64,000 nucleotides of DNA from assembly GCA_050943215.1 (NCBI GenBank), contig JBMNOU010000001.1:9618-73617 (forward strand), written 5' to 3'. Below are positions 22,503-31,061 of this stretch, piece after piece. Source of the DNA: Christensenellales bacterium (GTDB taxonomy: Bacteria; Bacillota; Clostridia; Christensenellales; SZUA-584). The notes under the pieces were generated by a model that did no database searches, was not told the DNA's origin, and was given only the letters and a program-made list of their open reading frames with translations. The translations under genes were made by a program, and so were the position numbers. How positions within the stretch are numbered: the stretch's first letter is position 1; each line of letters opens with the position of its first letter.

Positions 22503-23435
22503 CTAAAGCAGCTTTTTCTTCCAAAGAACCAACGCGACTACGGCGGTTGTGATAAGCGAAATACCGGAGACGATTAAAAAACCACCCGGCATATGCTCGA
22601 AGGGTACATCAACATTCATACCCCACAGGCTGGCAAGTAGCGTCGGTATCGTGAGAATGATCGTGACCGATGTTAAAAACTTCATTACGATATTCAAGTT
22701 GTTGGAAATAACGGATGCAAACGCGTCCATCGTTCCCGTGAGAATCTCTCTGTATATCGTACACATTTCTATCGCCTGTTTATTCTCGATGATGACGTCT
22801 TCGAGCAACTCATCGTCATCTGGATAGCGCTTGATAAGGTTGGTTTTCAGCATTTTTTCTAAAACTAATTCGTTTGCTTTAAGAGACGTTGCAAAATATA
22901 CCAGAGATTTTTCCAGTTTGAGCATCTGGATAAGCTCCCGGTTTTTTAGGGATTTATGCAATGCGTTTTCTACCTGTGTGCTGGCTTTCTCGATCTGCCG
23001 CAAATATTGCAGGTAACGTGAGGAGTTTTTATACAACAGATGATAGACAAAACGCGTTTTTTTTGTACAATCAAACCCCTTTACACGTCCCTTATAGAAA
23101 TCCTCGATGATTGTTGATTCCTCGAGACAGACAGTAATGATATTATTCTCCGTAATAATAATGCCCAAAGGCATTGTATTGTATAGAAATGAGGTTCCTT
23201 CCGGTTCAATAACGGGGATATCAACAAGGATCAGCGTCTGTTCGTCTTCTTTATCTATTCGGGGTGTTTCTTCTTCGTCCAGCGCCGCTTGTAGTATATC
23301 AAGCTCTACTGCACATTCTTTGGATACAATGTCCAATTCTTCTTTGGTTGGATCCAATAGGTGTATCCATGAACCTGGGCAGGCAGCAGTCTGGTTTACT
23401 AGTAAACCGTCGTTTGTATTATAATAATTGATCAT
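22503..23435 (-). CDS. corA: CorA-family magnesium/cobalt transporter
   Basis: GMN signature (LWGMNVDVPF) and two C-terminal TM helices. The start is trimmed to ATG 23435 (MINYYNT). Confidence 0.9.
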   Translation of the reverse strand: MINYYNTNDGLLVNQTAACPGSWIHLLDPTKEELDIVSKECAVELDILQAALDEEETPRIDKEDEQTLILVDIPVIEPEGTSFLYNTMPLGIIITENNIITVCLEESTIIEDFYKGRVKGFDCTKKTRFVYHLLYKNSSRYLQYLRQIEKASTQVENALHKSLKNRELIQMLKLEKSLVYFATSLKANELVLEKMLKTNLIKRYPDDDELLEDVIIENKQAIEMCTIYREILTGTMDAFASVISNNLNIVMKFLTSVTIILTIPTLLASLWGMNVDVPFEHMPGGFLIVSGISLITTAVVALVLWKKKLL

Positions 23436-23819
23436 GGCAAGCACCGCCTTTCTTTTTGGCGATGTGCATTTATGCTTGCTCTGTAATATGCGCGCCGCCA
23501 AGGTGTATTATTGGTTGTTGTCGAGGGTCTGCGTCCACGCATACCACCTCCTCATAATGTGTTTTGGTATAAAAATAAAAACGCACGAAAGATTACATGG
23601 TTTGGTTTTAGCAGTAATGAAAGGCAATGAAATAAATTCAAAAACTGGACGTACTTTTGCATCATCGCAAACAAACATCCCCGGCTTTGCCCCAAGCTAC
23701 CCCAAAAACAATACGTTTTGGCTGATTGTTCGTCGCTGCTAAACCATAATTATTATAACACGTCAGCAAAATAAATCAACAATTCGCCACCTAATCAAAA
23801 AAAACGTTGAAGTGTATAT

Positions 23820-23848
23820 TTGACATCGCTTTTGGCAAGATTTATAAT
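23820..23848 (+). promoter_or_regulatory. Consensus sigma-A promoter
   Basis: TTGACA (23820-23825), exactly 17 nt, then TATAAT (23843-23848). No ORF follows for about 400 nt. Confidence 0.7.
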
Positions 23849-23854
23849 CAATAA

Positions 23855-24074
23855 GGTGGCGGGTCTGTGGTTGAAAGTCGATGCCAGCCGCGGGCAAAAC
23901 GACCCACGTAACCCGATTGATGATCGGCGAGCATGGCGCGGTTTAGATGTTAGCCCGGCCGGATTTTATTTGTTCCGAGAGGCATAGTAGTGGGGAGGGA
24001 GATCCCTTAAGAGCGAAATGTCCAGCCGGCGGATGTGGGGCAAAAGACCAGGTCAGCCGCCGCCTTATTATTTT
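23855..24074 (+). ncRNA. Candidate structured small RNA, about 220 nt, class unresolved
   Basis: It starts about 7 nt after the consensus -10. The GC-rich body contrasts with AT-rich flanks. The 5' GGUGGCGG/GGUCU can pair with the 3' AGACC.../CCGCCGCC. There are local hairpins such as CCGAUugaugAUCGG. It ends in a GC stem followed by UUAUUAUUUU. Confidence 0.5.
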
Positions 24075-24249
24075 AAATATATGTTAAAATATTTTTATTT
24101 TTAATGCGTTATCAAGATATCTTAATTTTTTGTCCTTTATTGCAAAGATTTCGGCGTATTTTGTTATATTTTTTTGTTGCATTAAAAAATAATATTGTAT
24201 ATTATTGATGTTAAAATAGTCGGTCCCTAGTTAAAGGAGGGAAAATCAG

Positions 24250-25383
24250 ATGTATGAAGTAAAAGTTCTTGATAAAAAATCGAGACATATTAAAAAATTT
24301 ATTAAGCTTGAATTTAAGATGTACAAAGATGATGAGAACTGGGTTGCTCCCCTTAAATCAGATACAAAAAAGTTACTTAAGGGGAAAGAGAATCCTCTTT
24401 TTGAAAACGGAGACCAGGCTTTTTTTATGGTTTATAAAGGCAAAAGGCCGGTTGGACGTATTCTTGTTGGAATAGACGAAGAGCTTAACCGTGTGCGCGG
24501 ATTTAAACAGGGTTTTTTTTCTATGTTTGAATGCATTGACGATGCCGAGGCCTGCAAAGTACTACTCGACGCTTCATGCAACTGGCTTTCGGAAAAAGGA
24601 ATGGACAGGATCATCGGTCCGCTTTCGCCTTCGAATGGTGATGACAGGAAAGGTTTTGTCGTTATGGGAGAAGGGCCTCCTGTGCTTTTGAACGCCCATA
24701 CTAAAAAATATTATCCGAAGCTCATTGAAAAATATGGTTTTACCAAAAACGATGATCATTACGCGTATCTCTTTATACCGAAAGAAATTGACATAGAGCG
24801 CCATAGGAAAGCCGTTGAATTCGCAAAAAGGAAAGGCGGTTTTAGGGTCGATAAGATTAACATAAAAGACATGATGGGCGAAGCAAAAGCGATAAAGCAA
24901 GTTCTTGACAATAGCATACCTGAGGAATGGGATTATCTTGTCGCACCGTCTCTTGATGCAGTCATCAAAGAATTCAAAAGTCTCGCACAGTTTTATGACG
25001 GCAACTTTTGTTATATTGCAAGAAAAGGTGATATTCCGATCGGTTTTATGATCGCACTTCCGGATTACAACCAGGTATTAAAACGCATGAATGGAAAGAT
25101 ACTGCCAATTGGATGGGCGAAATTCCTTTATTACAGACGCAAGATTACAGGCGCGCGCGCATTAGTACAGATGGTTGACCGGAATTACCACAACCTGGGA
25201 GTCAATTATGCGATGTATTTTGAAGCATATCAGGATTGGCTGAAAACAAACGGAAGGCTTCAATATGTTGAGGCCTCATGCATCGATGAAGTGAACACAT
25301 CATCGAGAATAAGTGTTGAAAGGGTGGGCGGAAAACACTACCGGACATATAGGACCTATCGCTATGATCTGAATAATAAATAA
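24250..25383 (+). CDS. Hypothetical protein, possibly GNAT-fold acyltransferase
   Basis: 377-aa ORF with an AAAGGAGG RBS. No catalytic motif was recognised with certainty. Confidence 0.35.
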   Translation: MYEVKVLDKKSRHIKKFIKLEFKMYKDDENWVAPLKSDTKKLLKGKENPLFENGDQAFFMVYKGKRPVGRILVGIDEELNRVRGFKQGFFSMFECIDDAEACKVLLDASCNWLSEKGMDRIIGPLSPSNGDDRKGFVVMGEGPPVLLNAHTKKYYPKLIEKYGFTKNDDHYAYLFIPKEIDIERHRKAVEFAKRKGGFRVDKINIKDMMGEAKAIKQVLDNSIPEEWDYLVAPSLDAVIKEFKSLAQFYDGNFCYIARKGDIPIGFMIALPDYNQVLKRMNGKILPIGWAKFLYYRRKITGARALVQMVDRNYHNLGVNYAMYFEAYQDWLKTNGRLQYVEASCIDEVNTSSRISVERVGGKHYRTYRTYRYDLNNK

Positions 25384-25387
25384 AGGG

Positions 25388-26083
25388 TTAAAGCGGGGCC
25401 GATTTGATTTTTGCATACCTGCGCGGATATTTTTCCGGCGTGGGTTTTTGTTTTTCTATCAATATGATGGCACCCGGGCCGATTCTATGAAAGCTACGTA
25501 CCTTGCAGAAGAGTGCATTAAGCGCTGTATTAGCTGCATCCAGTTCTTGCATGAAGCTTTCTCCTTTCCACGCGGCAAAAACCCCGCCACAGCGCAGATA
25601 CGGTATGCAAAGCTCTAACAATATGGAGAGCGGCGCAACCGCGCGAGAGACGGCGGCATCAAACGTTTCGCGGAGAATCGTCCGGGCGGCCTCTTCTGCA
25701 CGCGCGATAAGCACAGTTACGTCAATATGCATGCGTTCGGCGGCATGCCTTACAAAGTCTGTTTTTTTATGGGCAGAATCGAGCAGCGTTATGTTAATAT
25801 CAGGCCGCAATAATTTAAGCGGTATGCCCGGAAAACCGGCGCCGGTGCCGATGTCGATAACGCGGCATCCAGTTGGCAGATCCAAAAAACCCAATAGATA
25901 GGCCGCATTTGCAAAATGCATATCGGCTGCCTGTTCTTCGTCTGTAATGCGCGTCAGATTTATATGTTTATTTGCATCGATCATTAGTCGATAGTATTTT
26001 TCGCATTGTTCAATTTGCCCCCTATCGTAACAGATGCCGGCTTCTATTAGGCATCGCTTAAGCGTTTCGTTAAACAGACCCAT
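25388..26083 (-). CDS. rsmG: 16S rRNA (guanine527-N7)-methyltransferase RsmG
   Basis: SAM-binding motif IDIGTGAGFPGIPLK, with GidB-like length and order. Confidence 0.9.
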   Translation of the reverse strand: MGLFNETLKRCLIEAGICYDRGQIEQCEKYYRLMIDANKHINLTRITDEEQAADMHFANAAYLLGFLDLPTGCRVIDIGTGAGFPGIPLKLLRPDINITLLDSAHKKTDFVRHAAERMHIDVTVLIARAEEAARTILRETFDAAVSRAVAPLSILLELCIPYLRCGGVFAAWKGESFMQELDAANTALNALFCKVRSFHRIGPGAIILIEKQKPTPEKYPRRYAKIKSAPL

Positions 26084-26939
26084 TAGTTTCCCCCATTATT
26101 TCGATTCCGTTATCTTTGGGGCAATAAGCCCCGCATAGCTCAAAATCGCCTTTTATACACTGTGCTGCAAGGCGCGCTTCTTCTTCCGTATCAAAAACAG
26201 CAAACATACTGCTTCCTGAGCCGGACATCAGCGCATTTTTTGCACCCGCGGACATCAGCGCCTGTGCTGCCTTTAGAATATCAGGGGCGATACTAAGCGC
26301 GGCCAGTCCTAGTGCATTGGCGGCATACCGGCAATAAAGATCGATATCGCCCTTCTGCACCGCATATTCAACAGTATCCATACTGATATAACTGGATTGC
26401 CGGTATCTGCCGAAAGCTTCTGCGGTGGATACGCCCTGATAGGGCTTAATCACTACATAATACATTTGTTTTTGAAGAGAGAGGCGCTTGAGCCTTTCGC
26501 CGATGCCTTTAGCCCTTGCGGTGCCGCCGAAAAGTGCAAACGGAACATCCGCTCCAATGCCTTTGGCCAGTTCTAATAGTGTTTCTATGCTAAGGTTTGT
26601 GTCGTATAGCTTATCAAGACCGGCAAGAACGGCGGCGGCGTCCGCGCTAGATCCGCCGAGCCCTGCCATACGCGGAATGCGTTTTTCTATAAAGATGTCT
26701 GCACCATGTAAGCCTGTATACTGTGCAAAGGTTTCTGCCGCTGCATAGGCCGTATTGTATTTTTCGTTTACGCTATCAATATTCATGCGTACTCGAGTGC
26801 CCGGCGCTTTATTAACTGTGACAGTATCAAAGAGCGATATGCTCTGCATTATGGTATCGAGTTCATGATACCCATCTGCTCTTTTACCTATGATTGCAAG
26901 CGATAGGTTAAGCTTCGCGTAAGCCTTTAGCGTGATCAT
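26070..26939 (-). CDS. ispE: 4-diphosphocytidyl-2-C-methyl-D-erythritol kinase
   Basis: AKLNLSL N-terminus and GHMP kinase motif PRMAGLGGSSADAAA. The start is trimmed to ATG 26939. Confidence 0.9.
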   Translation of the reverse strand: MITLKAYAKLNLSLAIIGKRADGYHELDTIMQSISLFDTVTVNKAPGTRVRMNIDSVNEKYNTAYAAAETFAQYTGLHGADIFIEKRIPRMAGLGGSSADAAAVLAGLDKLYDTNLSIETLLELAKGIGADVPFALFGGTARAKGIGERLKRLSLQKQMYYVVIKPYQGVSTAEAFGRYRQSSYISMDTVEYAVQKGDIDLYCRYAANALGLAALSIAPDILKAAQALMSAGAKNALMSGSGSSMFAVFDTEEEARLAAQCIKGDFELCGAYCPKDNGIEIMGETNGSV

Positions 26940-27814
26940 GTCTGATCCTTCCCAGTAAGTTTTTTGAATGCCCAGCGTGCATGTGTACATAAAGGCTCAT
27001 CGGCGTGCTCAGAGATCTCTTTAATATGGCCTGTCAAATGATTTGCACCTGTGTTTGCCGCCAAAATCACCGCCTGGGAGAGCAGTCTGGCGGCGCTAAC
27101 CATATTGGTGCCGGCAAGAGCTTTGATCTCGTTTGTCAGCGTTCCTTTAATAAGGTCATCCAAAAAAAACGTGCTTGGCTCGCTTTGATCGCGGCTGTTT
27201 AAGGGACACGCACTTTGGCATTTTTCGCAGCCGAACAGCTGGTATACATCTTTTCGCAGCGCTTCGGGTATCAGTGTGTTGATATAATACCGAAGGCAGT
27301 TGTGTATATTCCCAACGGCTTTGGATGGGCATTCCCGGCTGCACGCACCGCAATGCAAACATGCGGCATCGCTGTCTGCATTATCAACCGGCAGATCTAC
27401 ATCTGTCAATACCGTCTGTATACAGACGAAGGATCCAAGACGATCATGGTAATAAAAACCGTTATCCCCGATAAAGCCGCCTGCTTTTTTTGCTGCATCT
27501 TTTGCCGAAAGAGTTACGGTATGCACCGCCTTCATACCGCAATCCTGCAGATAGCGAACAAACTTTTTTGTTGCGTGATAAGAATAATTGGATGCGACGT
27601 AGTATGATGACAGCGCGACTTTTCCGTACGGGGCCTGTTTGGCTGGCAGATACCCGGTAAAAAGAACGATGAGGCATCGGGCATCTTTTAAAACCGATTG
27701 AAAAGAGATCATGTCGCCTGCGGTATTTTTTATGTAACCGTCTGCGCTTGCAAAACGAATATCGCTAAAACCAAGATCGCGAGCGTATTGAGTTATTTCC
27801 TCTTGTATTACCAT
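26936..27814 (-). CDS. Epoxyqueuosine reductase-like 4Fe-4S protein
   Basis: Two ferredoxin-type clusters (CLHCGACSRECP, CEKCQSACP). The 79-aa N-terminal extension in the ORF track looks non-coding, so the start is trimmed to ATG 27814 (MVIQEEITQYA). Confidence 0.55.
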   Translation of the reverse strand: MVIQEEITQYARDLGFSDIRFASADGYIKNTAGDMISFQSVLKDARCLIVLFTGYLPAKQAPYGKVALSSYYVASNYSYHATKKFVRYLQDCGMKAVHTVTLSAKDAAKKAGGFIGDNGFYYHDRLGSFVCIQTVLTDVDLPVDNADSDAACLHCGACSRECPSKAVGNIHNCLRYYINTLIPEALRKDVYQLFGCEKCQSACPLNSRDQSEPSTFFLDDLIKGTLTNEIKALAGTNMVSAARLLSQAVILAANTGANHLTGHIKEISEHADEPLCTHARWAFKKLTGKDQT

Positions 27815-27940
27815 AGAGAAATTATTACATAAACATGTAAAAATAACAACGTGACAGACAAAATTTGTTGCATAGCACATAGCGCTGATATATAATTGAT
27901 CGTAAGTGATGAAAAAACAAAAAGGATATATATATCGGCT

Positions 27941-28342
27941 ATGAAAAAGAATGTGTTGTTGGTGTTGGCATTGTGCATCGTTATGTTGTTTTGTGCCTGC
28001 GAAAAGCCTCAGACGATTTCGATTGCTCTTGGGGAGTTTGAATACGAACAAAAGATTGATTCAAGCTTAGGAGATGCGGTCGCTTCTGAGGGGAATACGT
28101 TTTTGGTCGTCTACTTAACGCCTGTTAAGGGTAATGATGTCACCATGGATGATGCGCATCATTATTTTTACAGCGGAACGAGCGCTGTTATAGACAATCA
28201 GACTTATGATTTGTATTGTCTTGCTTACGAAAAGGTCGATTCTCAGACTGTCCGTTATGGTCTTGTATTTGAAATTGCGGACAACGTATATACCGACTCA
28301 AACAAACCGCCGGTTGTTAGTCTCGTTTTGCCCGAGGTTTAA
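27941..28342 (+). CDS. Putative lipoprotein
   Basis: MKKNVLLVLALCIVMLFCAC is a signal peptide with a lipobox Cys. The start is trimmed to ATG 27941. Confidence 0.6.
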   Translation: MKKNVLLVLALCIVMLFCACEKPQTISIALGEFEYEQKIDSSLGDAVASEGNTFLVVYLTPVKGNDVTMDDAHHYFYSGTSAVIDNQTYDLYCLAYEKVDSQTVRYGLVFEIADNVYTDSNKPPVVSLVLPEV

Positions 28343-29043
28343 TTCCACAGAGAGTATTGCGCTGTGTTTTTTAGCGCAGTTAGCATCATATCACGCGCTT
28401 TTGGGCTGATTGCACAAATATGTGCAATCAGCTGTTTTGTTTCCTGCCGTTTGGTATTGCCTGAAACGGGGCAGGGGTTTTCCACGACCGGAAGGTTATG
28501 CCTTTTAACGGCGGATATGATCTCTTTTTCGGCCAGATACACAAATGGACGGATCAGCGTGATGTTTTTTCTGTCAAGAAAAGTAACGGGCTGGAATGTC
28601 CTAAGACGCCCTTCATAAAGCATACTCATCAAAAGCGTCTCGAGGCAGTCGTCGCGGTGATGTGCAAAGGCACACTTTCCAATGCCCTGTCTGATGATCT
28701 CCGCAAAAAGCACGCCTTTGCGAATCCTCGAACAGAGTGAACAAGGATTGTTTTGTTCAAAAATAACGGTTTTTGAGATTTTAGTGGGGATGCAGATATG
28801 CCTTATATCAAGTGATGCACACAAATCGGCAATGCAGCCCGTATCAAAACCATCAAAACCAAGATCGACTGTGACTGAGCATAAGTCAAAATGGGTACGC
28901 GAAAATTTCCGGTACAAATAGAGCGCATAAAGAAGAGCGATTGAGTCTTTGCCTCCCGATACGCCGACAGCAATAGTGTCGTTTTCTTGTATCATGTTGT
29001 AATCTTTATCTGCACGTCTTAAATAACCGAGAACGCGTTTCAT
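28339..29043 (-). CDS. PP-loop ATPase, TtcA-like tRNA thiolase
   Basis: SGGKDS PP-loop and conserved Cys pairs (CSLCSR, NPCP). Confidence 0.8.
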   Translation of the reverse strand: MKRVLGYLRRADKDYNMIQENDTIAVGVSGGKDSIALLYALYLYRKFSRTHFDLCSVTVDLGFDGFDTGCIADLCASLDIRHICIPTKISKTVIFEQNNPCSLCSRIRKGVLFAEIIRQGIGKCAFAHHRDDCLETLLMSMLYEGRLRTFQPVTFLDRKNITLIRPFVYLAEKEIISAVKRHNLPVVENPCPVSGNTKRQETKQLIAHICAISPKARDMMLTALKNTAQYSLWN

Positions 29044-29138
29044 GGTCTCTCCTTTTTTTGAATTATATCAACAAAACTATTGAAAACACAATGGGTTATA
29101 AGATAGAATAACGAGAATGCATTGAAGGTGGTAAACTT

Positions 29139-29594
29139 GTGATTACATTTTGGAGTTATCTAACAGTATTCGGTATGTCAGCGCTGCCTATTATCGAGCT
29201 AAAAGGCTCGATTCCTGTAGGTATGAGCATGGGGATACCCGAACTTCAATGTTTTATTGTTGCCATTTTCGGTTCAATGATTCTTTCACCTTTTATCATC
29301 GTCTTAACACGGCGTGTGCTCGATAAATTTATGAATAGCAAAATCAGCTGGCTTCAAAGGTTTGGAAAATGGCAGCATAAAAGACTACTAATAAAGGGCG
29401 GGAAGATAGAAAAATATCGTGTCTGGTTTTTATTTATCTTTGTTGCGATTCCGCTTCCTTCAACGGGTGTTTGGACAGGGTCTATGATCGCCGGGCTTTT
29501 TGATATCCGGCTGAGGAACGCGCTGCCTGCAATTTTTCTGGGAAATTGTGTCGCAGGGCTTTGTATTTGGTTAATTTGGGGCTTTGCAATGTAA
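29139..29594 (+). CDS. Small membrane protein (COG2426-type putative small multidrug export protein)
   Basis: 151 aa with a GTG start, four hydrophobic segments, and the LPIIELKGSIPVG motif. Confidence 0.55.
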   Translation: MITFWSYLTVFGMSALPIIELKGSIPVGMSMGIPELQCFIVAIFGSMILSPFIIVLTRRVLDKFMNSKISWLQRFGKWQHKRLLIKGGKIEKYRVWFLFIFVAIPLPSTGVWTGSMIAGLFDIRLRNALPAIFLGNCVAGLCIWLIWGFAM

Positions 29595-29629
29595 ATGCTT
29601 TGTGTTACTATTAAAACAATAAAAAAACC

Positions 29630-29750
29630 CCCCTTATCAAGAGAGGTGGAGGGACGGGCCCGATGAAACCCGGCAACCGGACGCAAGTCATGGTGCCAAT
29701 TCCCGAGAGATGAGGTAAAACTTTTCTGCCTCGCTGTCGCGGGGTTTTTA
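29630..29750 (+). promoter_or_regulatory. SAM-I (S-box) riboswitch with terminator
   Basis: CUUAUCAAGAGAGGUGGAGGGACGGGCCCGAUGAAACCCGGCAACC...GGUGCCAAUUCC...GAGAUGAGG matches the S-box core almost residue for residue. P1 is CCUUAUC/GAUGAGG. A downstream imperfect stem ends in GGGGUUUUU (29741-29749). It sits 23 nt before metK. Confidence 0.92.
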
Positions 29751-29772
29751 AAACCAGTAAAAGGAGAAAGGT

Positions 29773-30903
29773 ATGAAGAGGTTATTTACATCAGAATCGG
29801 TTACGGAAGGACATCCGGATAAGATCTGTGATCAGATTAGCGACAGTGTGCTTGATGCCATTTTGCAGGATGATAAAACCGCAAGGGTAGCATGCGAAAC
29901 GTCTGTCAACACCGGTCTTGTACTCATTATGGGAGAGATTACGACAGGCTGTTATGTCGATATTGCCAAGATTGCACGGAATACGATCAGGGATATTGGG
30001 TTTACGCGTGCGAAATATGGTTTTGACGCGGATACGTGCGGCATTATCTTAAGCATTGATGAACAGTCTCCTGATATTGCTATGGGTGTAAATCAGGCTG
30101 ACCAGGGAGCGGGGGATCAGGGTATGATGTTCGGATTTGCCTGCAGAGAGACGGAGGAGCTGATGCCGCTTCCGATTACGCTGGCACACCGGTTGACAAA
30201 GCGACTTGCAGCGGTGCGCAAAGACGGCACGCTTTCTTACCTTCGTCCAGATGGGAAAGCGCAGGTAACCGTGGAATATGACGGCAACACACCGGTCAGG
30301 GTAGATACCATTGTAGTTGCGGCGCAGCATTCGGATGACGTTACGCAGCAGCAGATCAGGGAGGATATCATTACGCATGTCATTTATGAAACCATACCGG
30401 CAGGGCTGCTTGATACGGATACAAAATATTTGGTGAACCCGACGGGACGGTTTGTCATTGGCGGACCTGCGGGCGATTCGGGCCTTACGGGCAGGAAGAT
30501 TATTGTCGATACATACGGCGGATATGCGCGCCATGGCGGCGGTGCTTTTTCCGGTAAAGATCCGTCGAAAGTGGATAGAAGCGCCTCATATGCCACCCGC
30601 CATATTGCGAAAAATCTGGTTGCTGCGGGCCTTGCCGAAAGATGCGAGATAGAGGTTGCATATGCGATAGGTGTGGCGCATCCTGTTTCGATATATGTCG
30701 ATACGTTCGGTACGGGCATTACGGATGATGATAAACTCGCAAAGAGAATTCGCAGCGTGTTTGACCTGAGGCCAGCGGCTATCATAGAGCGGCTCGGATT
30801 GCGTAGTCCGATTTACAAACAGGTTGCCTCATATGGGCATTTCGGCAGACCGGAGCTTGATTTGCCTTGGGAGAGGCTAGATATGGTAGATAGGCTTATA
30901 TAG
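29773..30903 (+). CDS. metK: S-adenosylmethionine synthase
   Basis: [20 protein letters not shown] and [12 protein letters not shown] motifs. Confidence 0.97.
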   Translation: MKRLFTSESVTEGHPDKICDQISDSVLDAILQDDKTARVACETSVNTGLVLIMGEITTGCYVDIAKIARNTIRDIGFTRAKYGFDADTCGIILSIDEQSPDIAMGVNQADQGAGDQGMMFGFACRETEELMPLPITLAHRLTKRLAAVRKDGTLSYLRPDGKAQVTVEYDGNTPVRVDTIVVAAQHSDDVTQQQIREDIITHVIYETIPAGLLDTDTKYLVNPTGRFVIGGPAGDSGLTGRKIIVDTYGGYARHGGGAFSGKDPSKVDRSASYATRHIAKNLVAAGLAERCEIEVAYAIGVAHPVSIYVDTFGTGITDDDKLAKRIRSVFDLRPAAIIERLGLRSPIYKQVASYGHFGRPELDLPWERLDMVDRLI

Positions 30904-31061
30904 CAAGAACGATGCAGGCGTACGTTTGTGCGTCTGCTTTTTTATTTGTGAAAATAGATGTCACAAGATGGGTAATAACGTTTTGTCTCGGTTTTTTTAA
31001 CACAATGCACCTACCGTATGATACAATAATAAAAGAATCAACAAATAAACCCGAGGTGTTT

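Noticed and set aside
23436-23750. M-box (Mg2+) riboswitch call for the corA leader
   Set aside because: The context fits, but I cannot find the conserved M-box core sequences. It is kept only as a low-interest unknown leader.
27815-28051. 79-aa N-terminal extension of the queG-like ORF, with similar extensions on ispDF (20382-20492), recD2 (30912-31061), the CDF gene (36430-36522), corA, subunit F and ispE
   Set aside because: The extensions are Cys/Phe/His-rich nonsense with no RBS. Conserved N-termini with proper RBS spacing begin at internal ATGs, so the starts were trimmed.
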